This document shows, piece by piece, positions 1-8,951 of a DNA stretch of 27,011 nt. The position numbers and the translations under genes were made by a program. Source of the DNA: a virus; the IMG/VR virus record IMGVR_UViG_3300013947_000112, positions 1-27,011 of that record. One strand, written 5' to 3'. The notes below the pieces were generated by a model. That model had not been told where the DNA came from, searched no databases, and was given only the letters and a program-made list of their open reading frames with translations. Each line of letters starts with the position of its first letter. Position 1 is the first letter of the stretch.

Positions 1-99
1 TGGTTCACAGTTACATCGGGGATTTCATCAGGAGTGCCGAGCATCACAATAAAATATCAGGAGAACACCGGATTGGATGAACGGTCCGGGTATTTCACA
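1..99. repeat. Terminal redundancy: identical to 26913..27011 (circular-assembly overlap or terminal repeat)
   Basis: Base-by-base comparison: tggttcacagttacatcggggatttcatcaggagtgccgagcatcac...ggtatttcaca occurs at both window ends. The implied genome unit is 26912 bp. Confidence 0.95.
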
Positions 100-405
100 C
101 TGAATTATCTCACCAAGTTCAAAGATGTGTATGTAAGACAGGATGGTGAATTTACAGTCACACCTTCGGTCATAAAAGCGGACAACACAAAACAGAGTGT
201 CAATGTGGAATTCAACACTGTGATAGACACTTCCAAATATGCTTTTTATGTCCGTCCTTCATCCGACTGGGCAACCGCAAAACTTGGATCCGACAACAGG
301 GTGACTGTATATATAGAGGCCAATGACACCGGACAGGAAAGGACATGCACTCTCACATTCACATACAAATATATAACTGTACTTACAATAATTCAATCTA
401 AATAA
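1..405 (+). CDS. C-terminal part of the ~917-aa tail-tip/host-recognition protein (5' part at 24564..27011); two BACON-like domains
   Basis: Frame 1 is open from base 1 to TAA at 403-405. It is in phase with the open frame from ATG 24564 once the 99-bp overlap is removed. SWFTVTSG..ITIKYQENTGLDERSGYFTLNY..VYVRQDG and SDWATAKLG..VTVYIEANDTGQERTCTLTFTY..LTIIQ fit the BACON pattern (W.t...v.v.aN.g..R.a.i.v....v.v.Q). Confidence 0.8.
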   Translation, partial: WFTVTSGISSGVPSITIKYQENTGLDERSGYFTLNYLTKFKDVYVRQDGEFTVTPSVIKADNTKQSVNVEFNTVIDTSKYAFYVRPSSDWATAKLGSDNRVTVYIEANDTGQERTCTLTFTYKYITVLTIIQSK

Positions 406-407
406 CT

Positions 408-2858
408 ATGGCAGAAGAAATAAAGAAAGTGGTCTCGGTAGATGTATCCAAGGCCGTTGAAGACATAAAGTCCTTATCGGATGAACTTGAAGAAATGGAT
501 GATGACATTCTTTCTTCCATCAAGACATTCAAGGACTACAAGACTACAATAGAGCATTTGTCTGTATCCCTGTCTAAAATGGATGAAGACACCGATGAAT
601 ATGAACACACTCTGTCTGATCTCAACAAAGTCCAGAGTGCATATAATGATGCAATTTCAGTTTCAAAGACAAAATCTGATGCTGCCGCCGGGAGTTATAA
701 TGCACTGTCAAAGGAGATGTCCGAACTCAAAAAAGCGTTCAAGGCTACTAATGACGAGACTGAAAGGAGTGCGCTTGCGGAGAAGATAAACGGTATCAAT
801 GACCAGTTGAAGTCTATGGATGCTTCAATAGGAAATTATCAAAGAAATGTCGGCAATTATGCAAGTGCATTCACTGGTGGTCTTGAACAGATAGGTGAGA
901 AATTTGAAGCCCTGAACAATCCTATGGCACTGGTAAAGACAGGTATAGGTGGAATAAACAAGGCATTCAAGGCACTTATCGCTAATCCCATAGGTGCCGT
1001 CATCGCTGCTGTGGTTGTTGCTGTAAAGGCATTGGTTTCTGCTTTCAAGTCAAATGAAGAAGCGTCAAACAAATTGAAGGTTGCATTTTCTAAACTTGAA
1101 CCCATAATCAACGGTTTCAAGACGGTGATGGGTAAAATAGTCAATGTCATAGGTGATGTCATTGTCTGGATTTCAAAACTGGCAGGAAATGTGTTGTCGA
1201 GCTGGTCAAAGATAGGAGGTGTATTGAAGACTGTTCTCACTGTGTTCAATCCTGTGGTGGATGGTATAAAGAAGGGTTTCTCTATTCTTTCTGATGCGGT
1301 GGAGGGGTTTGTCAATCTCTATACTTCTGTTATTGACGGTGTTGCCAAAGGCAGTGTGAAGATTGCCGAATGGCTCAACAAGATTGGAGTTGTCTCTGAT
1401 GCAAAACTGAAACAGATGCAGGACGTGGTGAATGCGGAGAAGACCATGTTTGATGTTTCAACCGAATACACAGAGAGACAGATTGCACTTGAAGAGAGAA
1501 GGAGAAAGGAAGAGGAGGAGACCGCAAGAAAGGAGTCTGAAATTTCAAAACTCAAATTTCAGGCTGTTCAAACCGACAAGTATTCTTCGGAGGAAAGACA
1601 GAAGTTTCTCCAGAAGGCCATCGATCTTGAAAAGGAGATAAATCAGGAGAGACTTGCAATAGCGAAAGAGGAACTTGACATTGCCGAGTGGAAAGCGGCA
1701 CAGGCACCTAACTCAAAGGAAGACAATGAGAATCTTGCAAAGGTACGGGCAAACTATTACAGGGTGGAGAAGGAATTTACAGAAAAGTCAAAGGACATCT
1801 ACAGTCAGTTGGTTTCAGCCCAGAATTCGGTGAAAGACAGTTCTGATTCCATGTCGGATAGTCTCAAAAAGGCAAATGAGATTATAGAACAGTCCTTTGA
1901 TGACATTAACACCTATCTTGAAGAGCAGGACAAGGTATTCTTGGATGAACAAAACAAGAAGGATGAGAAGATAAAGGCAATACAGAACAGGCTTTTTGAA
2001 GAAAGTCTGACTCCTGAACAACTTCAATTGCAGGAACTTGATGCCCAGTATAAGGAAGAACTTGCACTTTATGAGGAGTATGGTTATAGCACACTTGAAC
2101 TCACAAAATCATATGAGCAAAAGAGAGCTGACATCATAAAGAACATAAATGATCAGATTGCATCAGACAAGGAAGAGACAAGACAGACAGAAATCAATAA
2201 TCAAATTGCTGAGATAGAGAAACTTGCAGAAAAAAGAGAAGAATATTCACAGCTGGCAAGTGATATTTCTTCTATTCTGGGTTCAATAGGTGATGGATGG
2301 AATAGTTTGCTTGATCAACAATACAAGACAGGTAAATTGAGTGAAAAGGAATACAAGAGGAGACAGAAGGCATTGCAGGCATTCCAGATTGCATCCATAG
2401 TTGGTCAAAGTGCTGCATCCATATTTGACTTATGGTCCGGTTATGCAAAGGAGACTGCAATCATAAACTTACAGACGGCAGGGGCAACAGGAGCATTAGC
2501 GGCAGGGACAAAGGCTGCCCTTGATGCAAAGTCTCTCATATCCACCATAGCAAAGACAGCCACCATTGCATCTACTGCTGCCACACAGATTGCTGCCATA
2601 AAGAGTTCAAGTTCTTCAAGTTCTGTGTCTTCTGGATCAAGTGCAGGTGCAAGTGCTTCAATAAGTTCATCAGCAGCTTCATATGCTCCATCATATTCAC
2701 AGACGGTTATGGGGAAGACAGATATACAGTCATTACAGAATGCAGTGAGTGAGGGAACAACAGAGGGACAGCAGAATGTGAAGGTATATGTGCTTGAAAG
2801 TGATATAACCACTGCACAGAATGATGTCAAGGTGAGAGTTGAAGAGAGTAATTTCTAA
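408..2858 (+). CDS. Tape-measure-like protein (816 aa)
   Basis: ATG at 408, 2 nt after the previous stop. Long coiled-coil E/K/Q-rich centre, hydrophobic segments (IANPIGAVIAAVVVAVKALVSAF; C-terminal A/T/I-rich tract) and a Ser-rich tail. Sits in the tail-gene block. The order after the Dit/Tal-like genes is atypical. Confidence 0.55.
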   Translation: MAEEIKKVVSVDVSKAVEDIKSLSDELEEMDDDILSSIKTFKDYKTTIEHLSVSLSKMDEDTDEYEHTLSDLNKVQSAYNDAISVSKTKSDAAAGSYNALSKEMSELKKAFKATNDETERSALAEKINGINDQLKSMDASIGNYQRNVGNYASAFTGGLEQIGEKFEALNNPMALVKTGIGGINKAFKALIANPIGAVIAAVVVAVKALVSAFKSNEEASNKLKVAFSKLEPIINGFKTVMGKIVNVIGDVIVWISKLAGNVLSSWSKIGGVLKTVLTVFNPVVDGIKKGFSILSDAVEGFVNLYTSVIDGVAKGSVKIAEWLNKIGVVSDAKLKQMQDVVNAEKTMFDVSTEYTERQIALEERRRKEEEETARKESEISKLKFQAVQTDKYSSEERQKFLQKAIDLEKEINQERLAIAKEELDIAEWKAAQAPNSKEDNENLAKVRANYYRVEKEFTEKSKDIYSQLVSAQNSVKDSSDSMSDSLKKANEIIEQSFDDINTYLEEQDKVFLDEQNKKDEKIKAIQNRLFEESLTPEQLQLQELDAQYKEELALYEEYGYSTLELTKSYEQKRADIIKNINDQIASDKEETRQTEINNQIAEIEKLAEKREEYSQLASDISSILGSIGDGWNSLLDQQYKTGKLSEKEYKRRQKALQAFQIASIVGQSAASIFDLWSGYAKETAIINLQTAGATGALAAGTKAALDAKSLISTIAKTATIASTAATQIAAIKSSSSSSSVSSGSSAGASASISSSAASYAPSYSQTVMGKTDIQSLQNAVSEGTTEGQQNVKVYVLESDITTAQNDVKVRVEESNF

Positions 2859-2867
2859 AAATAGGAG

Positions 2868-2900
2868 GAACAGAATTGATTTTCTGTTCTTTCTTTTTAT
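2868..2900 (+). terminator. Intrinsic terminator after the tape-measure-like gene
   Basis: gaacagaa (2868-2875) pairs with ttctgttc (2882-2889), 6-nt loop, followed by a T-rich run tttctttttatattttttt. Confidence 0.7.
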
Positions 2901-2932
2901 ATTTTTTTGTCGCATAAGAGATGGATACAGAG

Positions 2933-3026
2933 TATAACTAAAACATCCAAAAGTTCAGAGTTTTTTTGTTTCTCTCTATATAGATAATCATAAAAAAACT
3001 CTGAAGTTTTGGATGTTTTAGTTATA
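2933..3026. repeat. 35-bp inverted repeat (one G:G mismatch) with a 24-nt loop
   Basis: tataactaaaacatccaaaagttcagagttttttt (2933-2967) versus aaaaaaactctgaagttttggatgttttagttata (2992-3026). Lies between the tail and head operons. Confidence 0.9.
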
Positions 3027-3084
3027 ACCATAAACACCCTGTTTTTTGATCTTGTATGTCCTATTCTTTATATTTTTTTCATTA

Positions 3085-3098
3085 CTTATATATTACAG
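3085..3098 (+). promoter_or_regulatory. Class-2 upstream motif cTTATATATTACAG, 20 nt before ATG 3118
   Basis: The 13-mer TTATATATTACAG occurs exactly at 3086, 15271 and 23531. A variant TTATATATTCCTG is at 5781. Each copy is 15-20 nt upstream of the first ATG of an operon. Confidence 0.5.
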
Positions 3099-3117
3099 AA
3101 AAGTAAAATTGATCAAG

Positions 3118-4188
3118 ATGAAAGTATATGACATTACTGTAGATATGCTTGATTGTGAGACAGGGTTGAATGCAGTATCTCTTGTAGAATTCCCTGCGGT
3201 TAAGGTTGATTTTCTCAAATTCTCAAAGGATGAACAGAAAGTCCTTCAATTTACTGATGATGAGAAACATATAATCACTGGTGTTGCACTTCTTGCTGAC
3301 ACACCTATATATAGAGTATCTCCTTATGGTGAAGAATACTATGTCAAATTCTCAAAGGAGACCATAAAGAAGTTGATTGAGAAGTATTTCAAGTTCGGTC
3401 TGGGTAATTCTGTCAATATAGAGCACAATGACTCTGCTTTTGTTGATGGTATAGTTATGGTTGAAAGTTATCTTATTGACAAAGAAAGAAACATTTGTCC
3501 TGTTGAGTTCAATGACATACCTGATGGTTCATGGATCGTAAGTTATAAGGTGAACAATAACCATGTTTGGGAGAAGGTGAAGTCAGGTGAAGTCAAGGGA
3601 TTTTCTGTTCAGGGACTTTTCAACCTTATCGAAGAAAAATTTGAAGATAAACATAAAAAAGTAAAAAATATGAAATCACTAAAAGAAGCATTGAAGTCTA
3701 TTCTCTTGCAGTTTGAGGGTGTCTCTACTGACAAAGGTGAACTTACTTGGAACGGAGACAAACAGCTCGAAGTCGGAGATGAGGTCTATCTTGATGAGAA
3801 CTCTGCACCAGATGGTGAATATGTTGCAGATGATAAGGTCTTTGTAGTCAAGGATGGAAAGGTGGAGGAAATCAAGGACAAGGAGGTTGAAGAAGAGAAA
3901 CCTGTTGAAGAGAAACCTGAAACAGAGGAACTTGAAGAGACTGCACCTGAAACTCCTGAAACTGAAACACCTGAAACTGAACCAGAGAAGGATGACCTTA
4001 TAGAGAAACTTGAAGGCAGGGTTGCAGAACTTGAAAGAGCACTTGCAGAACTTATTGAGAGAGTTTCAAAGATAGAGACTGCACCTGTGGCAGAGCCTGT
4101 TGTTGATGAATTTGAGCAGGTCGGCAAGAAGAATCCCACAGGAAACAAGACAGTTGACAAATATTCAAGGATTTTCGGATCCAAATAA
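3118..4188 (+). CDS. Prohead protease (XkdF-like) fused to an acidic linker and coiled-coil scaffold-like C-terminus
   Basis: The track ORF starts at TTG 3046; the first ATG, 3118 (MKVYDITVD), is preferred. ITGVALLADTPIYRV..YYVKFSKETIKKLIEKYF..VNIEHN..VESYLIDKE resembles the XkdF/S78_2 pattern. C-terminus has a PE/T-rich low-complexity tract, then LEGRVAELERALAELIERVSKIE. Lies directly upstream of the capsid gene. Confidence 0.6.
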   Translation: MKVYDITVDMLDCETGLNAVSLVEFPAVKVDFLKFSKDEQKVLQFTDDEKHIITGVALLADTPIYRVSPYGEEYYVKFSKETIKKLIEKYFKFGLGNSVNIEHNDSAFVDGIVMVESYLIDKERNICPVEFNDIPDGSWIVSYKVNNNHVWEKVKSGEVKGFSVQGLFNLIEEKFEDKHKKVKNMKSLKEALKSILLQFEGVSTDKGELTWNGDKQLEVGDEVYLDENSAPDGEYVADDKVFVVKDGKVEEIKDKEVEEEKPVEEKPETEELEETAPETPETETPETEPEKDDLIEKLEGRVAELERALAELIERVSKIETAPVAEPVVDEFEQVGKKNPTGNKTVDKYSRIFGSK

Positions 4189-4218
4189 AAAAGATAAACA
4201 AAATAAATTTTTATAATT

Positions 4219-5130
4219 ATGGCAAATCCAATAGTAAACAGTCTTCCTGCATATGTTGATGAGCAGAGACTTCCGTTGATAGCAAAGACTATTCTCGGTG
4301 CAAAGACGGCTGAACTTCTTACACTTGTGGCCGATGTGAAATCAAAGACCGCACTCAATCTCATATCCACTGATGTCGTATTCGGTGATGGTGGATCTTG
4401 TGGTTGGGATGATGCCGGGACTTCAACCCTTTCACAGAGATATATTGATCCGGCATATCTCAAAGTGAATATGTCTTTCTGTGATAAGGCACTTCTCGGC
4501 AAATGGGCGTCATATCAGGTTGCACTGACAGCAGGAAAGGAGACTCTTCCATTTGAGGAGGACTTTGTAAACGGAGTTCTTGATGGAGTAAAGGTAGGTA
4601 TTGAGAAGATGATCTGGCAGGGAAAGAAGGCTGACGGCAATCAGTTTGACGGTTTTCTTGAAATTCTCTCAAATGAAGCGACCGCAAAAAAGGTGGTTGT
4701 GGCACAGGGAACGGGAGCATATGAAGCTATCAAGTCTGTCTATGCCGCAATCCCGAGTGAGGTGGTCATGAAGGAAGATACTGTAATATTTGTGAGTGAA
4801 GGTATGTATAGAAACTTCATTCAGGATCTTGTGGCTGCAAATCTTTACCATTTCAATCCGGACTATAAGGATGGTGAGTATCTTCTCCCTGGCACTTCTG
4901 TAAGGGTGATCGCAACTTCCGGTCTCAATGGCACTGCTGGTGCAGGTGAGGACAAGATTGTTGCAGGTCGTCTCTCAAACATGTTCTATGGTGTATCCGC
5001 AGAAGATGATGACCAGACCTTCAAACTCTGGTATAGCAATGACAATCAAGAGTTCAGACTTGCAATCAACTTTGCAGCAGGTGTGAATGTCGCTTATCCA
5101 GATGAAATAGTTTATACGGCAGAGGCCTAA
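4219..5130 (+). CDS. Major capsid protein (HK97-fold type, 303 aa)
   Basis: Position right after the protease/scaffold gene, typical size, and a strong terminator immediately downstream. Sequence looks like Bacteroidota-phage capsid proteins from memory only. Confidence 0.65.
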   Translation: MANPIVNSLPAYVDEQRLPLIAKTILGAKTAELLTLVADVKSKTALNLISTDVVFGDGGSCGWDDAGTSTLSQRYIDPAYLKVNMSFCDKALLGKWASYQVALTAGKETLPFEEDFVNGVLDGVKVGIEKMIWQGKKADGNQFDGFLEILSNEATAKKVVVAQGTGAYEAIKSVYAAIPSEVVMKEDTVIFVSEGMYRNFIQDLVAANLYHFNPDYKDGEYLLPGTSVRVIATSGLNGTAGAGEDKIVAGRLSNMFYGVSAEDDDQTFKLWYSNDNQEFRLAINFAAGVNVAYPDEIVYTAEA

Positions 5131-5144
5131 TCTCCAATAAAATC

Positions 5145-5172
5145 AAAGGGAGATTGAATGATCTCCCTTTTT
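5145..5172 (+). terminator. Intrinsic terminator after the capsid gene
   Basis: Perfect 10-bp stem aaagggagat (5145-5154) / atctcccttt (5161-5170), 6-nt loop, T-run continues. Confidence 0.75.
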
Positions 5173-5198
5173 ATAAAGAAAATAAAATTGTATATAAT

Positions 5199-5726
5199 AT
5201 GGCATGTAATCCACAAACATTTTCAGGTCTTCCTGCAAACTGTGACGCCAACAGGGGTGGTATTCAGGTAGTGTATGTCGCAAATAGGAGCGATGTGACC
5301 GGAGTGTCCCTTGATGACGCCAGCGGACAGATAAAGACCATCACCATGAACACGTCAAAGAAGTTTCAGGCATACAGGTTCAAGAAAGGAGCCGCGTCCT
5401 TCACTTCCACCGCGACCATAGACGCCGCCAATGGGGTCAATTTCATAACCACCGTGCTTTCAGTCAATTTCGCCAAGATGGAAACCCAGAAAAGGATAGA
5501 GATGCAGGCGCTCACTCTTGGTGAGATGGCCGTCATAGTGCTCGACAACAACGGCAAATACTGGTATCTGGGATATAATGAACCAGTCTATGCGTCAAAT
5601 GGTACGGGAGAGACCGGAGCCGCAAGGACAGACGCAAACCAGTATACCATAGAACTTACGGATGAGAGTGATGAGTTCCCGTATGAAATATCTCCTGATG
5701 CACTCACCGACATACTGGAAGGATAG
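5199..5726 (+). CDS. Putative major tail (tube) protein, 175 aa
   Basis: The track start TTG 5154 lies inside the terminator hairpin, so ATG 5199 (MACNPQ) is preferred. GGIQVVYVA..FQAYRFKKGAASFTS..NG..VLSVNF..AVIVLDNNGKYWYLGY..TGETGAARTDANQYTIEL resembles siphovirus tube proteins. Confidence 0.5.
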   Translation: MACNPQTFSGLPANCDANRGGIQVVYVANRSDVTGVSLDDASGQIKTITMNTSKKFQAYRFKKGAASFTSTATIDAANGVNFITTVLSVNFAKMETQKRIEMQALTLGEMAVIVLDNNGKYWYLGYNEPVYASNGTGETGAARTDANQYTIELTDESDEFPYEISPDALTDILEG

Positions 5727-5751
5727 GACTTGATCAGGGTAAGAGAGAATG

Positions 5752-5783
5752 AAGACCGGATTATATGTCCGGTCTTTTTTTTA
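5752..5783 (+). terminator. Intrinsic terminator
   Basis: aagaccgga (5752-5760) / tccggtctt (5768-5776), followed by T8. Confidence 0.8.
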
Positions 5784-5793
5784 TATATTCCTG
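5781..5793 (+). promoter_or_regulatory. Class-2 motif variant TTATATATTCCTG, 15 nt before ATG 5808
   Basis: 11 of 13 identical to TTATATATTACAG, with the same spacing to a start codon, immediately after a terminator. Confidence 0.4.
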
Positions 5794-5807
5794 TAAATTG
5801 AAATAAA

Positions 5808-6134
5808 ATGATATACATTTCATCCGATATTGAGACAAAAAACATACAAATTCCTGTCAATTTATCAAGAAATGACACAGGAATGTATAAGTTTGTCCTA
5901 TTCAACACCACCACAAGACAGGAGTATGAGTATGAAGTGAGAGACAGTGAGTTCAACATTCAATACTATAACATTGAGTTCACACCCGATTTTCCCGAAG
6001 GTGAGTATGAGTATAAATTGAAGTCAGGTGATGAGACTTTGTCATCTGGTCTTTTGAGATATGGTGATTATAGTGTGGATGTGAAGTCGGGTGATGAGAA
6101 AATATCAGGTTATAAATATTCAAGAGACATATAA
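5808..6134 (+). CDS. Hypothetical small structural-module protein (108 aa)
   Basis: ATG-initiated ORF. Its stop at 6132-6134 abuts the next ATG at 6136. No family recognised. Confidence 0.5.
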   Translation: MIYISSDIETKNIQIPVNLSRNDTGMYKFVLFNTTTRQEYEYEVRDSEFNIQYYNIEFTPDFPEGEYEYKLKSGDETLSSGLLRYGDYSVDVKSGDEKISGYKYSRDI

Positions 6135-6135
6135 A

Positions 6136-7206
6136 ATGAAGGATATGACACAAGACAAGAAGTATATGGTGTTCTCGGCAATCAATAAATATGATCAGGA
6201 GAACATTATCACACCGGTTGAGACTGACACGCACAGGGGTTTCATTTCATGGGGTGAAGGCAATCAATGGCCTGATTATTTGAGAAGTCTATATCTGTCC
6301 TGCACAACATTGAAGTCCTGCATAGACACAGCAACTGACTATGTGTGCGGAAACGGGATTGGAGCGGGTGATGCAACAGAGATTGACTATGACTTTATAA
6401 TCAATGACAGGGGTGAGACAATCTATGAACTGTCAAAGAAACTGATGAAGGACTATTTCACTTTCGGTGGATATGCGGTGAATGTGATAAGAAACAGGAT
6501 AGGTGAGAAATCACTCTATTACATACCATTCGAGAGATTGAGAAGTGATGAGTATAACACTGTTTTCTATTACTCAAAGGACTGGAACAAATCATGGGGC
6601 AGGGTGAAGACCACAAGTTATCCTGCATATAAGGATGACAATTCAGTCTATTCATCAATCTTCTGCTATAATGACAATTCAGGTATAACCACCTATCCTG
6701 TATGTCCCTGGCAGACGGCAGTGGAGTGTGCGGAGATGCAGAGAAGAATAAACCAGTTTCATTTGAATGCACTTGCAAACGGATTTTCAGGGAGTTATTT
6801 GATCACTTTCAACAATGGCATACCTAATCAGGAACAGGCTGATGAGATTGAGAATGACTTGATTGAGAAGTTTACAGGGACGGAGAATGCAGGAAGAATT
6901 GCAGTGAGTTTTGCAAATGACAAGGAACACAGTGCGGAATTGCAGAAACTTGAGATTGATGACTACGGTGAGAAATACAAGTCATTGATAGAGAGAAGTC
7001 AGGATGAGATATTGAAGGCATTCAGGTTCAACGGGCAGCTCATAGGGATAAACAAGGACAATCTCGGTTTCAACACACAGGAGTTCAGTGAGGCATTCAA
7101 ACTCTATAACAGGACAGTGATAAGACCTTTGCAGCACATGTTGATAAAGACTCTTACAGAATTGACGGACAAAGAAATAAGCATACAACCATTTACACTT
7201 GAATAA
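6136..7206 (+). CDS. Putative portal protein (356 aa)
   Basis: ATG 6136 is preferred over GTG 6091, which would overlap the previous gene. WGEGNQWPDYLRSLYLSCTTLKSCIDTATDYVCGNG, FGGYAVNV, YPVCPWQTAVECAEMQRRINQFHLNALANGF and FTGTENAGR resemble a short portal family. Small for a portal. Confidence 0.5.
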   Translation: MKDMTQDKKYMVFSAINKYDQENIITPVETDTHRGFISWGEGNQWPDYLRSLYLSCTTLKSCIDTATDYVCGNGIGAGDATEIDYDFIINDRGETIYELSKKLMKDYFTFGGYAVNVIRNRIGEKSLYYIPFERLRSDEYNTVFYYSKDWNKSWGRVKTTSYPAYKDDNSVYSSIFCYNDNSGITTYPVCPWQTAVECAEMQRRINQFHLNALANGFSGSYLITFNNGIPNQEQADEIENDLIEKFTGTENAGRIAVSFANDKEHSAELQKLEIDDYGEKYKSLIERSQDEILKAFRFNGQLIGINKDNLGFNTQEFSEAFKLYNRTVIRPLQHMLIKTLTELTDKEISIQPFTLE

Positions 7207-7207
7207 T

Positions 7208-8935
7208 ATGACGGACATTTTACTTATAACTGAACAGAGCATAAAGAACCTGACAAACATCAGTGATAACATGTCGGGCAAGCTTCTTCTTCCTGCCATA
7301 AGGGAGAGCCAGGAGATAAATTTGAGAGAAATCCTTGGTGATGCTCTATTGGATGAACTGAAAAGACAGGTTGAGATTGATGACGTGAGGGAGACATACG
7401 GCAGACTTCTTCTTCAATGTCAATACTATCTTGCATATCAAAGTTGTGCCAATATATGTATGATCACATCAGTGAAGATAGACAATGCAGGTCTTCAAAG
7501 AGTGAGTGATGAGAAGATGGAGCCGTTGCCTGTGAGTGAGGTGAACCAGATACATGACTATTATCAGCAGAAAGCGGACTTCTATTGTGAGAGACTTCAG
7601 CATTTTCTCTTGCAGAATAAAGATGACTATCCCCAGCTGAACACAAGACAGTGCAATGCCATAAACTCAAATCTCTATTCAAGTGCAAGCTGTGGAATAT
7701 TTCTGGGTGGACCGAGAAGCAAGAATGTGGATAAGGGATATGGAGACGGACTGAATTCTTCAAAATCACAGGGGGTTGAGAAACTTGATGTTGAATTGAC
7801 TGAAAACGGCACATATGACTACAAACCGAAAGGATATGGTTATAATGAAGTGAAGGTGAAGGTTGCCACACATGACTTCACTGAAATAGGTTATACCGAT
7901 GAAGAATCTGATGACATGAATGATAAAATAGATAATGATATACAATATAGTAAGTCTTTGCTTGCTGATTATACAAATACGAAAAAGTATGCAGATGACA
8001 CAAAACTTATATATGCTCCTTTATTCCCTACACAGGATAGGATGCAGTTCTCCAATATGTTTGATGGATGTTCTGCTTTGACTTCAGTCTCTGCACTTGA
8101 CACATCAAAAGGGACGAATTTCAGTTATATGTTCAACGGCTGTTCTGCTTTGACTTCAGTCCCTGCACTTGACACATCAAACGGCCTGTATTTCGATTAT
8201 ATGTTCAGCAACTGTTCTGCTTTGACTTCAATTCCTGCACTTGACACATCAAAAGGGACGAATTTCTCCTGTATGTTCAACAACTGTTATACAATAAAAA
8301 AGGTTATACTAAAAAACTTAACCAATGTCAATTGGTTTGATTCAGGGTTTCGAAATTGTTATAAACTGGAAAAGGTTATTGTTGATGGAATCGAAAATAA
8401 TTTTATTTTACCTAATTTACAAACATGTGATAATTTATTTCAGAATACAAAATTGACACATATCAATTTTGTATATGGTAATGATGTAAAAAGTATGAGT
8501 AATACATTTTATCAGTGCGATTTGTTGCAGACTGTTACTGGACTACACACAGAGAATATAACATCATTCAATCAGACTTTTTCAAATGATTATGAACTAA
8601 AAACCATATCAACACTGGATTTTTCATCCGTAACATATTCGCCTTACAGAATGTTTTATATGTTTTATCCACAGAATGCTAAAATGGAACATATAGATAT
8701 AACAGGTAGTATATCATTTTCATGGACTGAAAATTCACCTGGATACTTACCATTACTTGACTATAACACTATCAAAGGATTTCTTGTTGCAATGTCAAAA
8801 TGTTCTAACCCCGATAAAAAAAAGACATTCTCATTCGACAGGACAATTCAAGATCAGAACAATGAACTCACCGATCTTGTTGCTTCTTGCACTGAAAAGG
8901 GATGGACAGTTTCAGGTCTCACTATCACTCAATAA
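7208..8935 (+). CDS. BspA/DUF285-type leucine-rich-repeat fibre protein, paralog 1
   Basis: The track start 7199 is TTG; the first ATG is 7208. Unique N-terminal ~190 aa, one NGTYDYKPKGYGYNEVKVKV unit, then repeated MFxGCSALTSVPALDTSKGTNF LRR units. C-terminus has the conserved cap TIQDQNNELTDLVASCTEKGWTVSGLTI. Confidence 0.75.
   Translation: MTDILLITEQSIKNLTNISDNMSGKLLLPAIRESQEINLREILGDALLDELKRQVEIDDVRETYGRLLLQCQYYLAYQSCANICMITSVKIDNAGLQRVSDEKMEPLPVSEVNQIHDYYQQKADFYCERLQHFLLQNKDDYPQLNTRQCNAINSNLYSSASCGIFLGGPRSKNVDKGYGDGLNSSKSQGVEKLDVELTENGTYDYKPKGYGYNEVKVKVATHDFTEIGYTDEESDDMNDKIDNDIQYSKSLLADYTNTKKYADDTKLIYAPLFPTQDRMQFSNMFDGCSALTSVSALDTSKGTNFSYMFNGCSALTSVPALDTSNGLYFDYMFSNCSALTSIPALDTSKGTNFSCMFNNCYTIKKVILKNLTNVNWFDSGFRNCYKLEKVIVDGIENNFILPNLQTCDNLFQNTKLTHINFVYGNDVKSMSNTFYQCDLLQTVTGLHTENITSFNQTFSNDYELKTISTLDFSSVTYSPYRMFYMFYPQNAKMEHIDITGSISFSWTENSPGYLPLLDYNTIKGFLVAMSKCSNPDKKKTFSFDRTIQDQNNELTDLVASCTEKGWTVSGLTITQ
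8057..8272 (+). repeat. Three tandem 72-bp (24-aa LRR) units with near-identical DNA cores
   Basis: Units start at 8057, 8129 and 8201. They share the cores tgttctgctttgacttca and cctgcacttgacacatcaaa. Differences cluster in a few codons. Confidence 0.9.
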
Positions 8936-8951
8936 ACATAATCATTTCACT

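Noticed and set aside
857-2830. Antisense and alternate-frame ORFs inside the tape-measure-like gene; similar nested ORFs occur inside other long genes
   Set aside because: They are fully embedded in longer, better-supported + strand genes. They have low-complexity composition and are typical shadow ORFs.
8757-8951. Upstream extension of fibre paralog 2, and the TTG/GTG track starts at 3046, 5154, 6091, 7199, 15568, 18166 and 18894
   Set aside because: These starts overlap the preceding gene or lie inside terminator hairpins or T-runs. In every case an in-frame ATG sits just after the upstream stop or terminator.
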